Shown here one piece after another: positions 25,673-34,437 of a DNA stretch of 36,485 bases. A program made the translations under genes and the position numbers. The notes below the pieces were generated by a model. The model ran no database searches, had not been told where the DNA came from, and was given only the letters and a program-made list of their open reading frames with translations. This DNA is from Candidatus Limnocylindrales bacterium. Lineage in GTDB: Bacteria; Chloroflexota; Limnocylindria; Limnocylindrales; CSP1-4. The stretch lies in contig DASXSA010000135.1 in NCBI GenBank assembly GCA_036506235.1, positions 1 to 36,485 of the forward strand. The letters are read 5' to 3'. Positions within the stretch are counted from its first letter, which is position 1. Each line of letters begins with the position of its first letter.

Positions 25673-26125
25673 CTAGGGGACTGAGGCCGAAATCGCTTCT
25701 CCAAAACTGCTCGATTGCGCCATCTCTCCGACCGCCGGACGCGGTCGCATCGCGGCCAGCTGGACGCAGTGGGGCGCGATGATCGGCCCATGCCCTTGCC
25801 GGTAGATCGACGGTGGCTCGCCCACGATCTCGTGGAAGGTTCGGCTGAACGTGCCGAGGCTGGTGAAACCGACGTCGAAGCAGATATCGGTGACGCTTCT
25901 CTCGGTCTCGCGCAGCAGGAACATCGAACGCTCGACGCGCCGCCGCTGCAGGTAACGGTGGGGCGTCTCTCCAAAGACCGAGCGAAAGCTGCGGCTGAAA
26001 TGCGCGGGCGAGACGTGGGCCACAGCCGCGACCGTGCGGACGTCCAGCGGCTCCGCGTAGGCGCGGTCCATCGCGTCGCGGGCGCGCAGCAGGCGCCGGT
26101 TGAAGTCCTCGACTTCGCGGGTCAC
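25673..26125 (-). CDS. AraC-family transcriptional regulator, DNA-binding domain only (MarA/SoxS-sized)
   Basis: VAAVAHVSPAHFSRSFRSVFGETPHRYLQRRRVERSMFLL ... DICFDVGFTSLGTFSRTFHEIVGEPPSIY shows the double HTH. GTG start at 26125. Confidence 0.8.
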   Translation of the reverse strand: MTREVEDFNRRLLRARDAMDRAYAEPLDVRTVAAVAHVSPAHFSRSFRSVFGETPHRYLQRRRVERSMFLLRETERSVTDICFDVGFTSLGTFSRTFHEIVGEPPSIYRQGHGPIIAPHCVQLAAMRPRPAVGEMAQSSSFGEAISASVP

Positions 26126-26170
26126 AGTGCAACGATAGCCAGAGTCGCCGGGTACCCGGGTTCGGCGTAC

Positions 26171-26187
26171 CCTCGACTCAGTCGAGG
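26171..26187. promoter_or_regulatory. Perfect inverted repeat in the AraC / DUF4287 divergent intergenic region
   Basis: CCTCGAC-TCA-GTCGAGG. The right arm overlaps the GAGGAGG ribosome-binding site of the gene starting at 26197. Confidence 0.3.
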
Positions 26188-26196
26188 AGGCACGGC

Positions 26197-26817
26197 TTGG
26201 CGACTGTTGAAAGCGCGCTGCAGACCCAGATCCGGAACATCGAGGCCCAGTACGGGCGGTCAATGGGCGAGTGGACCGAGCTCATTCGGGCGAGCGGGCT
26301 CACTCGGCACGGCCAGATCGTCGCGATGCTCAAGCAAGACCACGGGCTGAGCCACGGTTCGGCGAATCGCGTGGCACTCGTCGCGCTGGCGGCGCTGGAC
26401 GGTCAGGGTTCCACCTCGACTCCTGCGGGCTCCGTCGGCAGTGGCGGCTCGCCGTCCGGCGGCGGTTCGACTGCGGTGGCCGATCCCACCGACCAGCTCT
26501 ATTCCGATCGGCCCAAGCTCCGACCGATCCACGACCGTCTGATGACCGAGATCAGGAGCCTCGGCCCCGACATCGAGGTCGCACCGAAGAAGGGTTATCT
26601 CAGCCTCCGCCGCCGGACGCAGTTCGCGATGATCAAGCCGGCGGCCGGGCACATCGACCTCGGTCTGATCCTTCCGGATTCGCCGGTCACCGACCGCTTC
26701 GAGTCAGCGGCAACGTGGAACGCGCTGTTCAGCCACCGGATCAGGGTTCGATCGACCGACGACATCGAGACGGAGCTGTCGATCTGGATCGCGCGCGCAT
26801 ACGACCGCGCCGGCTGA
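26197..26817 (+). CDS. DUF4287 / DUF5655-like protein
   Basis: The N-terminus NIEAQYGRSMGEWTELIRASGLTRHGQIVAMLKQDHGLSHGSANRVAL is followed by a Gly/Ser linker. The C-terminal domain has KKGYLSLRRRTQFAMI. A TTG start lies 6 nt after GAGGAGG. Confidence 0.7.
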   Translation: MATVESALQTQIRNIEAQYGRSMGEWTELIRASGLTRHGQIVAMLKQDHGLSHGSANRVALVALAALDGQGSTSTPAGSVGSGGSPSGGGSTAVADPTDQLYSDRPKLRPIHDRLMTEIRSLGPDIEVAPKKGYLSLRRRTQFAMIKPAAGHIDLGLILPDSPVTDRFESAATWNALFSHRIRVRSTDDIETELSIWIARAYDRAG

Positions 26818-26917
26818 CGGCCATCGTGGCGCCCGCCGCCAAGGCGTAGCCGTTTTTCGGTCCGCACAATCGGAGCCCGTTGCGGCTGCGCCTCACGGAC
26901 CAGCGTAGGCTCCCGTC

Positions 26918-27667
26918 GTGACGGTTGAGAGCGGCCAGGCAACTGGACGAGCGCTGACGATTGAAGAGCTCGCACGTGAGGCCGAGACGACACCCGAATA
27001 CATCGGAAGGCTGCTCGAAGCGGGTGCAATCCAGGCCAACCCCGACGGCTCGCACGACGTCGAAAACCTTCTGCGTGTTCGTTTGACGCTGGCTCTCGCC
27101 GCCGGCGGCATCGATCTCGATGACCTGATGACGGTCATTCGCAGCGGAGCCATGCAACTCGACTGGGTCGCGCGGCTCTGGACCGTCGCCCGCCCCACCG
27201 GCCGAACCTTTGCCGACTTCGCTGATTCACTGGGCGGTCGTGCCTCCCAGTTGCCCGCCATCTACGCGGCATTCGGGCTCGCGGTCCCGCCGCCAGGGAT
27301 GGCCATGCGAGCCGCCACCGCCTTGGGCCTGTGCCGCGCGGCCACGAGACTCGCCGCTACCGTCTCGGGCGAAGGCCCACGGTCGCCAGCTCGGCACGAG
27401 CGAGCCGATCGTGACGCCCCGACGCGAAGTCGCCGAACGGGTCGGGGGAAAACTGCAGGAGCGTCTGGTAGTCAAGGGAATAGAGGGCGCGTGCTGCGAG
27501 AATCTTCTCCGCCATGTGGGGCGAGACCCGCGGCGAACGAGCGACCCGGTGCGCCGCACGAAGCCGACGAAGACGACGCAGTCGCCACGGAACGTACCTC
27601 GACAGCCAGGGGACGAGGGGCACGGCAAGGACCAGGAGCGAAATCACCGCCGCGAGCACGAGGATGA
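26918..27667 (+). CDS. MerR-like HTH N-terminal domain protein; only the first ~125 codons look coding (possible truncated gene)
   Basis: LTIEELAREAETTPEYIGRLLEAGAI fits an HTH. After about nt 27300 the frame becomes Arg/Gly/Pro-rich and overlaps the better-looking convergent gene 27357-27971 by about 310 nt. Confidence 0.35.
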   Translation: MTVESGQATGRALTIEELAREAETTPEYIGRLLEAGAIQANPDGSHDVENLLRVRLTLALAAGGIDLDDLMTVIRSGAMQLDWVARLWTVARPTGRTFADFADSLGGRASQLPAIYAAFGLAVPPPGMAMRAATALGLCRAATRLAATVSGEGPRSPARHERADRDAPTRSRRTGRGKTAGASGSQGNRGRVLRESSPPCGARPAANERPGAPHEADEDDAVATERTSTARGRGARQGPGAKSPPRARG

Positions 27668-27971
27668 GGGTCTCGAGTTCGCTCCCGAAATCGACGAACG
27701 GATTTGCCGCGGCCGTGATCGAGCTCTTGACGACAGCGCTGAGGTTCTCGCCCACGACAGGGACGCCGCTGGTGTTGGCGCTGATCTCGCCGGCCGCAAG
27801 GCGCAGGTTGACGCCGCCGTCGTGGACGAGCCGGGCCGCCTGGGCGAAGCTCGAGATGAGAACGTAGAGCCGCCAGGCGATCGACGCCCAGAAGATCAAC
27901 CACAGGGCCGTAGCAGCATCAGCAACGACCTCGCGGCTCTGCGCCGACGGGAGCTCGCTCCAAATCTTCAC
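27357..27971 (-). CDS. Hypothetical membrane protein
   Basis: The GTG start has GGAGG 7 nt upstream. Two clear hydrophobic segments are present (ALWLIFWASIAWRLYVLI and LILVLAAVISLLVLAVPLVPWL), followed by a basic stretch RLRRLRRLRAAHR. Confidence 0.55.
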   Translation of the reverse strand: MKIWSELPSAQSREVVADAATALWLIFWASIAWRLYVLISSFAQAARLVHDGGVNLRLAAGEISANTSGVPVVGENLSAVVKSSITAAANPFVDFGSELETLILVLAAVISLLVLAVPLVPWLSRYVPWRLRRLRRLRAAHRVARSPRVSPHMAEKILAARALYSLDYQTLLQFSPDPFGDFASGRHDRLARAELATVGLRPRR

Positions 27972-28144
27972 GTTGCCGCCTCCAGCGTCCTTGCATCGGC
28001 GATCCGAATCGCGCGAGCGATGATAGGCGCGGGGTGGCTCGCCAGAACCCTCCTGCTGGAGGCCGCCACGTAGCCTGGCCGACTCTGGGTCAGGCCAGCG
28101 ATCTGCGGAGGATTAGCATTGACAGCACCCTCAGGGTTGCCCTC

Positions 28145-28834
28145 ATGACGAGCTTGGCGCCGCGGTTCTGCCCCCGCTGTGGGACCGCCCGTGTGGCAGA
28201 AATGCCGTTCTGCCCGGGGTGCGGCCTGAACGTCGCCGAGGTTGACGAACATCCGCCAGGCGGGGCTCTTCCAGCGACGCCGAGCGATGTCGCAGCCGAC
28301 GCGTCGACGGCTCCTCCTGGAACCTCGCAAACCTCAACAGTGGGCCCTTGGGCAGCCGGCCCGCCCGCCGATGCAGCCCTACCCACGGCGATCGACCGGT
28401 CAGTTGATCGCGGTTTCCGCGTTCCGCCCATCGTTCTCGTCGGTCTGATCGTCGTCGTTGGGCTGATCGCGCTGGGGCTGCTTACCGGGCTGCGCCTCGG
28501 CGGGAGTCCGGGCTCGGGAGGCCAGGCTGGCCCGGCCGTTGCTTCAGGCGCCCCTTCTGCGGCGATCGTCGGGCTCACCATCCTGAGCCCCACGGACGGT
28601 CAGGCGGTCGCGTCCAAGGACGTGATCGTCATCGGCATTGCGCCGCCCGGGCTGACGATCACGCAGGACATCAGCTTTGGCTTCGATCAGCACACCACCG
28701 TCGACGGCACAGGTCACTGGGCAATCAAGGTCGGCCTCAACGATGGGGACAACAAGCTCACCTTCCGTATCGGCGACGACCACTCGACCCAGAAGACGAT
28801 CCGGGTCATCTACACGCCACCGCAGTCCACGTGA
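28145..28834 (+). CDS. Zinc-ribbon membrane-anchored protein with extracytoplasmic beta-rich domain
   Basis: The N-terminal zinc ribbon is CPRCG...CPGCG. A Pro/Ala-rich linker and one TM segment (IVLVGLIVVVGLIALGLL) follow. The C-terminus is Ig-like. Confidence 0.65.
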   Translation: MTSLAPRFCPRCGTARVAEMPFCPGCGLNVAEVDEHPPGGALPATPSDVAADASTAPPGTSQTSTVGPWAAGPPADAALPTAIDRSVDRGFRVPPIVLVGLIVVVGLIALGLLTGLRLGGSPGSGGQAGPAVASGAPSAAIVGLTILSPTDGQAVASKDVIVIGIAPPGLTITQDISFGFDQHTTVDGTGHWAIKVGLNDGDNKLTFRIGDDHSTQKTIRVIYTPPQST

Positions 28835-28884
28835 GCCGCTTCCGTTTCGCCTATCGGTGATCGGCGGGGACGAAGGTCGCGACC

Positions 28885-29145
28885 TCAAACCGTCCGGCGG
28901 CGACCAGCGACCGCCCGGAAAACGAAGAGCACGATGATGGCCCCGATGACGGAAATGACAATGCTCTGAACGTTGATGCCCGTTGGGTCCTTCAGCCCCA
29001 GGAAAGCGCCGGCGAGCCAACCACCGACGACTGCCCCCACGATACCCAGGAGGATTGTCCCGATCACTCCTTCGCGGCCACCCACGATCATGTTGGCCAG
29101 GAAGCCGGCGATCGCGCCGAGCACGATCCACGCGAGGATGCCCAT
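28885..29145 (-). CDS. GlsB/YeaQ/YmgE-family (transglycosylase-associated) stress membrane protein
   Basis: MGILAWIVLGAIAGFLANMIVGGREGVIGTILLGIVGAVVGGWL is the hallmark sequence of this family. Confidence 0.85.
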   Translation of the reverse strand: MGILAWIVLGAIAGFLANMIVGGREGVIGTILLGIVGAVVGGWLAGAFLGLKDPTGINVQSIVISVIGAIIVLFVFRAVAGRRRTV

Positions 29146-29417
29146 CTTGTCCGTCCTTCCCTACGGCCCGTCAGCCGCCCGAACGCGCTGGGGGCGGCGC
29201 CATCATAGGCGTCTCTTGCCGTGGATTTGGACACTCATGCGGGGACGCCGTCGAGATCGGCAAGCCTAGGGTCGCGTCGGAGGCACCGTGTACGAACCGC
29301 GAGCGCGTGGCGCTGCCTCATCGGCGTCGCCGACGAGCATCGGGATCCCTGACCGCAGGCGATCGCAGTTCTTGAAACCGGCGCCCACACTGGAAACCGC
29401 TCCTTGGAACGGTCGAG

Positions 29418-29957
29418 TCAGTCCTCCTCGTGAAGGCGGTACTCGGCGAGCGCCTGCTCGAACGTGCGCCCGGGGACGATGTCGACCTGGTGGCGCCGGT
29501 CCGCGGAGGCGAATTCCTGGTGGCCGGCGACGAAGGCATCGAAGCGGTCTACATCGGGGAGGGGGACGGCGATCATCAGCCCAGATCGACCATCGGCCAT
29601 CAGTCGTGAGACAGCCTCGAGGTCGGCGTTCTTGAACCCGCTGTCCTTCATGGCCGCGGTGACGGATCCAAGCGCAGCCCCACCGAGAATTGCCCCGACG
29701 CCAATCGGCCCGCTCAAGGCCGCAAGCACAAGGCCGGCAGCTCCGCCCAGTGCGGCGCCTCGAGCGGCTCCGGGGTCGACCGACTTGTCAGTGGTGATCT
29801 TGACGTTGCCGCCTGGCTCGGTGTTGAGCAGCGCCCAGTCCCAGACGACGACGTCCTTCTTCGCAATCCCGCTCTTGAGCGTGTCGCGAACGCTGTTAGC
29901 CGCGGACTCGTCGTCGAAACCCAGAAACACGAGCCGCATTCGTTCAGGCTGGGCCAT
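29418..29957 (-). CDS. DUF1269-like membrane protein
   Basis: A ferredoxin-like N-terminus (RLVFLGFDDESAANSV) is followed by a glycine-zipper hydrophobic core GAARGAALGGAAGLVLAALSGPIGVGAILGGAALG. ATG 29957 has GGAGG upstream. The track start at 30083 was rejected. Confidence 0.65.
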   Translation of the reverse strand: MAQPERMRLVFLGFDDESAANSVRDTLKSGIAKKDVVVWDWALLNTEPGGNVKITTDKSVDPGAARGAALGGAAGLVLAALSGPIGVGAILGGAALGSVTAAMKDSGFKNADLEAVSRLMADGRSGLMIAVPLPDVDRFDAFVAGHQEFASADRRHQVDIVPGRTFEQALAEYRLHEED

Positions 29958-30225
29958 CGTCTGCAACCTCCGACAATCCGTCGCCGGATCAACGGCGTCT
30001 GACGAGCTCATTGTTGGCGCCATCTGCTCGGATGTGATGGGGTGCCCACCCCCGTCTTGCGAGAGGGGTGGCATATGCGCCACAAGGGCGCCGGCCGAAA
30101 AGAACAGCGCTGGCTGCCCGAAGGCAGCAGCGGTTCAGCGCTAAGCCGCCGGGTCGGACCTCTCAGCGAAGTCGCGCAGGAAGTCGATCATCGGGCGCCC
30201 ACGAGGTGACCGGGCCGCCCCGGGG

Positions 30226-30825
30226 TCAGTCGAAGCTCGTCGGACCGCTGATTGGGAGCGCCCAATAGGCAGCGAACAATCCAAAGCCCACAACACTGAG
30301 ATACGGATTGAGGAACGCCAGCAGGGTGATGAAGGCGTAGACCGGCGGGCCGTACCGATACCCTCGCGCCTCAGCTCGCCTGGAAGCTGAGATGTCGGCA
30401 GTGAGGAGACGACCGCCACCGGCGGAGCCATAACGCCAGATGGCGTTGAACATGACCGCGATGGCGGTCATCGTTGCTCCGTAGAGAATCGTCGCCAGGA
30501 GCGCGTCAACGCCACTTCCCAGCCGCTGCGCGAGCACGGCCGTCGGGAAGGGGACGAAGGCAATGAACATCAGAAAGATCACGTTGATCATCGCGAACGT
30601 GGTGTTCGAACGGCGGATCAGGGTGAAGAGGCGGTGATGCTGGACCCACATGATCCCGATCGTGAGGAAGCTGATGAGGTAGGCCACAAACTCGGGCCAT
30701 TGGCGGGCCAGCGCTCGCCCGAGATCCTCGTCCGGGGTCGGTAGCCGGATCGCAAGCACGAGCAACGTGATGGCGATCGCGAAGACGCCGTCTGCAAAGG
30801 TCTCCAGTCGGCCGGTCTCGGTCAC
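30226..30825 (-). CDS. TMEM175-family (DUF1211) potassium channel homolog
   Basis: RLETFADGVFAIAITLLVL is the signature helix-1 motif (FSDGVFAIAITLL). About six TM segments are present. The GTG start overlaps the cyclase stop (GTGA at 30822-30825). Confidence 0.85.
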   Translation of the reverse strand: MTETGRLETFADGVFAIAITLLVLAIRLPTPDEDLGRALARQWPEFVAYLISFLTIGIMWVQHHRLFTLIRRSNTTFAMINVIFLMFIAFVPFPTAVLAQRLGSGVDALLATILYGATMTAIAVMFNAIWRYGSAGGGRLLTADISASRRAEARGYRYGPPVYAFITLLAFLNPYLSVVGFGLFAAYWALPISGPTSFD

Positions 30826-31643
30826 GGTACCGGCTGAGCTCCCGCGCTCGCGAGTTCGAACACGCGGATCGAACCGGAGAACCCCTTCAGGACAAGTTCG
30901 CGACCGTCATCGAACGCAAACCCTCGCTCGACGCCCAGATCACGAACGAGGTCGGACGTCAGGATTCGCCCGGGACCGGCGGCATTACAGATCCGGCTGG
31001 CAAGGGTGACCGTCGACCCGAACAGGTCGTCGTTGCGGTCGACTGGTTCGCCGGCCGCGATCCCGATCCGCACCCGAAGTTCAGGTGTCTGACCCTCGGA
31101 TGCGCGTGCCTCGAACCCGGCCTGGATCGAAATCGAGCACTGCAACGCGCTCGCTACCTCGTCGAACGAGGCCATGATCCCGTCGCCCGTGTGCTTTACC
31201 TCGCGGCCGCGTGAGGCCACCAGTGCTCGCCGGATGATCAAGTCGTGCTCCGTGAGAAGGACCATGAACGCCGCCTGCCCGACCGACTCCAGGATCGATG
31301 TCGAATCCTGCAGGTCCGTGAACAGGATCGTCCGGAAGGGGTTGACCGCTCCAGTTTCGGCGCCGGTCTCGCTCATCCTCCCGAGGAGGCGCAGGACGTT
31401 GTCCTCCGAGACGCTGATGATCTCGTTAGGGATGAGGCCGTGCGTAGCCTTGTGCACCGCCGTCAACGAATCGCCCGTGGGTGCTTTCGCCAGGCAGAAT
31501 GCCTCGCCCTGATCGGCATCGAACCAGTAGGCGAGGAACTGCACCCCGAACTTGGCACCCATGTCGAGGTCGGCCAGATGCGCTTGAGCGACCTGTTCGG
31601 CCGTCACTCCAGGGACGTCATGGCGGTCCATGAACAGCGGCAT
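30822..31643 (-). CDS. DUF4242 (SCO4226-like) domain fused to class III adenylate/guanylate cyclase domain
   Basis: The N-terminus reads MPLFMDRHDVPGVTAEQVAQAHLADLDMGAKFGVQFLAYWFD. The cyclase core has ILFTDLQDST, VKHTGDGIMASF, RIGIAAGEPV and LFGSTVTLASRI. AGGAGAA lies 5 nt upstream of the ATG. Confidence 0.85.
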   Translation of the reverse strand: MPLFMDRHDVPGVTAEQVAQAHLADLDMGAKFGVQFLAYWFDADQGEAFCLAKAPTGDSLTAVHKATHGLIPNEIISVSEDNVLRLLGRMSETGAETGAVNPFRTILFTDLQDSTSILESVGQAAFMVLLTEHDLIIRRALVASRGREVKHTGDGIMASFDEVASALQCSISIQAGFEARASEGQTPELRVRIGIAAGEPVDRNDDLFGSTVTLASRICNAAGPGRILTSDLVRDLGVERGFAFDDGRELVLKGFSGSIRVFELASAGAQPVP

Positions 31644-32338
31644 CTGGATTCTCCTGCGGCGGGCATGATCGTACGGCGTTGGGCTGACGGCCACGCCGGG
31701 AGCGCACGGCGGCAGCGGCGCGGGTGATGTCGTTGGCGGGCCCGGACCAGATGTTCGTGAGCTGGACAACAATTGACCGCCTGGATGGCTCGGATGTGGT
31801 GCTCGAGGAGGACGGAACCTACGAGCCGAGGGGGCTGTCCGGCCGCCGGGTAGTCCTCCGTCTCGTCAAGCCCGACCAGGGCTGCACGCTGACTCGAAGG
31901 GCCCTTGGGAGTCGGGCCCTCGATCGGTCGACTACAAGATCGCGACGGCGGGTACCTCGCGGACGCTCACTACTTCGCCACACCAGCGCCGGTGCGGACG
32001 GCGGCGACCACGTCAATTCGATTGGCCTGAATTTGGCGTTCCGCGCCGGGTCTTGCGGGCGTCGTGCCGGACGTCCAGACTGGCCGCAGGGCTCGGCGAG
32101 GTCCACCCAGACGAGACCGGGCGACGGCCGTCCGGTTGGACGACGGGAGCGCTCCGGCTTCAGCCACTATGCCAGCCGGTTCGTGAAGCTCATCGAGCAG
32201 GCGGCGGCAGCGACGGTCGGCTGATTTCGGACCGCTGTTGGGCACGGCTACGGCGCCGGCCGGGACCTGGTTTTCCTCCCGGCGCCGCCGAGTTCTCAGG
32301 TCTTCGCCCAAAAACAACAATCAAAAGGAGCGTCACCG

Positions 32339-33262
32339 ATGACCACCACGCCTGTGCCGGCGGACGCGCCCGAAGAACCCCAGGCTCAGGGACGAGTGCG
32401 CACGAGAGTCGGTCCGACGTCCATCACCCCACGCGAGCTCAAGCAGATCGAGCGCGCGAACGCGAGCACCGCGACGCCGGTGGTCTTCATCCACGGGCTG
32501 TGGCTGCTGCCCTCGAGCTGGGACCGCTGGGTCGCACTGTTCGAGGAGTCCGGGTTCGTCGCACTGACGCCGAGTTGGCCGGATGATCCCGAAACGGTTG
32601 AAGGCGCCCGGGCGGAACCCGAGGTCCTCGCCAGAAAGACCCTGAAGCAGATCGCCGATCACACGACCCAGATCATCACCGCCCTGGACAAGAAGCCAGC
32701 GCTGATCGGGCACTCCACTGGCGGCTTGCTCGCGGAGATGCTCGCGGGGCGGGGCCTGTCGGCGGCCACCGTGGCGATCGACCCCGGAGTCTTCCGGGGC
32801 GTTCTGCCACTACCGCTCGAGGTGCTCAGGGGAGTCGGCCCGTTCCTGATCAACCCTCTCACGCGCCGCCGCGCGCTCACGCTCACGTTCGACCAGTTCA
32901 AGTACGGCTGGGCGAACGCGCTTGACGAGAAGGAGGCGAGGGAGCTCTACGACACCTACCACGTCGCCGGCTCCGGGATTGCTCTCGTGCAGATGGGCAA
33001 CGCGAACCTCAACCCGTGGACCGAGGCCAAGGTGAACACGAAGAACCCCGCCCGGGGCCCCCTGCTGATCATCGACGGCGAGAAAGACCACACGGTGCCG
33101 TGGGCGATCGCGAACGCCGCCTACAAGCGGCAAAGGCGCAACCCCGGCGTGACGGAGATCGTGAAGATGCCTAACCGAGGCCACTCCCTCACGATCGACC
33201 ACGGCTGGCGCGAGGTCGCCGAGACAGCGCTCGCCTTCGTGAAGCGGTTCGTCAAGCCCTGA
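32339..33262 (+). CDS. Alpha/beta hydrolase
   Basis: FIHGLW, the nucleophile elbow GHSTGG and a late GHS histidine are present. A strong AAGGAG lies 8 nt upstream. Confidence 0.85.
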   Translation: MTTTPVPADAPEEPQAQGRVRTRVGPTSITPRELKQIERANASTATPVVFIHGLWLLPSSWDRWVALFEESGFVALTPSWPDDPETVEGARAEPEVLARKTLKQIADHTTQIITALDKKPALIGHSTGGLLAEMLAGRGLSAATVAIDPGVFRGVLPLPLEVLRGVGPFLINPLTRRRALTLTFDQFKYGWANALDEKEARELYDTYHVAGSGIALVQMGNANLNPWTEAKVNTKNPARGPLLIIDGEKDHTVPWAIANAAYKRQRRNPGVTEIVKMPNRGHSLTIDHGWREVAETALAFVKRFVKP

Positions 33263-33294
33263 GCGAGGGAGCAGGCACACGTCTCCACCCGCGA

Positions 33295-33338
33295 TTGACA
33301 TCCCTCCGATGGCGATGAATACTAAAGCAGATGCTTAA
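33295..33338 (+). promoter_or_regulatory. Promoter and near-palindromic operator of a probably leaderless ArsR gene
   Basis: TTGACA (33295-33300) is followed by a 17-nt spacer and AATACT (33318-33323). The ATG at 33331 is 7 nt downstream of the -10. The near-palindrome TAAAGCAGATGCTTAA (33323-33338) spans the start codon. Confidence 0.4.
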
Positions 33339-33660
33339 CTCTCAGCCCCAGCTGGACCTCGTCTTCCAAGCCCTCTCCGACCCGACGCGACGCGCGATCG
33401 TCGAGCGGCTCGGCCGGGGGCCGGTGTCGGTGAGCCAGCTTGCGCAGCCGTTCGCGATGTCGCTGCCGGCCGTCCTCCAGCACGTCGCCGTCCTCGAGGC
33501 GAGCGGGCTCGTCCGGTCCGAGAAGGTCGGTCGCGTCCGGACCTGCCAGATCGAGAGCCGCGCACTGTCAGTCGCCGGCCGCTGGATCCAGGAGCGACGG
33601 ACGACCTGGGAGCGACGCCTGGATCGACTCGGCGCGGTCCTGACCGAGCAGCCCGACTGA
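33331..33660 (+). CDS. ArsR/SmtB-family transcriptional regulator
   Basis: VFQALSDPTRRAIVERLGRGPVSVSQLAQPFAMSLPAVLQHVAVLEASGLV. Confidence 0.85.
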   Translation: MLNSQPQLDLVFQALSDPTRRAIVERLGRGPVSVSQLAQPFAMSLPAVLQHVAVLEASGLVRSEKVGRVRTCQIESRALSVAGRWIQERRTTWERRLDRLGAVLTEQPD

Positions 33661-33677
33661 CCACGAAGGAGGCTCCG

Positions 33678-34142
33678 ATGCCCGAACGATCCGTCGTCCA
33701 CTCGACATTCACGATCGACCGCACGTATGACCCGCCACCCGCTCTTGTCTTCGCCGCATGGGCCGATCCGGGCCTCAAGTCGCACTGGTTCGGCGGCGGC
33801 ACCGACGACGCGCCGATCGACCTCGACATGGACTTCCGCGTCGGCGGCCGCGAGACGGACCGGGGCGAGCCCGGCGCCTATGAGGCTCGCTACCACGAGA
33901 TCGTCCCCGACGAACGGATTGTGTTCACGTACGACCTGTCGCTCGGCGGCTCGCTCGTGTCGGTGTCCCTCGCGACGGTCGAGTTCCACCCGGCCGACGG
34001 CGGCACCGGCACCCAACTGACCTACACGGAGCACGGCGCCTTCCTCGACGGCCGCGACGACCCGGAATTGCGCAAGAACGGCACCGGCGGCATGCTCGAC
34101 GAGCTGGGCCATTGGCTCGAGCGCCAGGCAGCCACCGCCTGA
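33678..34142 (+). CDS. SRPBCC (AHSA1-like) protein
   Basis: VHSTFTIDRTYDPPPALVFAAWADPGLKSHWF ... YHEIVPDERIVFTY. GGAGG lies upstream. Confidence 0.85.
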   Translation: MPERSVVHSTFTIDRTYDPPPALVFAAWADPGLKSHWFGGGTDDAPIDLDMDFRVGGRETDRGEPGAYEARYHEIVPDERIVFTYDLSLGGSLVSVSLATVEFHPADGGTGTQLTYTEHGAFLDGRDDPELRKNGTGGMLDELGHWLERQAATA

Positions 34143-34339
34143 CCCAGAGGGCCGTCGCCTGCGTCCCGCGTTCAGGCGCCAACTTCCTTCCTTTGCCCTG
34201 CTGGACGGAAGGAGCCGGCCGTCAACGCCCTGACGCCTTCGATCGCTAATCCGCATGGCGTGATCTTGGCCGGCCGTTAAGTGGCTAAACGCGTGCGACA
34301 AAGCGTCATGGGGCCGCCGACCGTCCCACAGACCGTTAG

Positions 34340-34396
34340 GTCAGCGTCGCGGCCGCGGTCTTGAGCGCCGGATCGGAGAAGGCAGCGGCGCACCGG
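34340..34396 (+). pseudogene. Orphan 19-codon fragment of a LuxR/GerE-type HTH gene
   Basis: It encodes VSVAAAVLSAGSEKAAAHR, against VVVVAAVLAAGSEKAAAHR at 35941-35997. My hand alignment gives about 72 percent nt identity. A stop codon lies immediately upstream, and similarity is lost downstream. Confidence 0.35.
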
Positions 34397-34437
34397 CGCG
34401 ACGACGACCGCGCAACGTCTGGATCCTCGGGCCTCGC

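Noticed and set aside
29300-29400. Two GGTTTC motifs upstream of the GlsB-type stress gene as a SigF/SigB-type promoter
   Set aside because: There is no GGGTAT-like -10 at the required 14-17 nt spacing, and the motifs lie more than 200 nt from the start codon.
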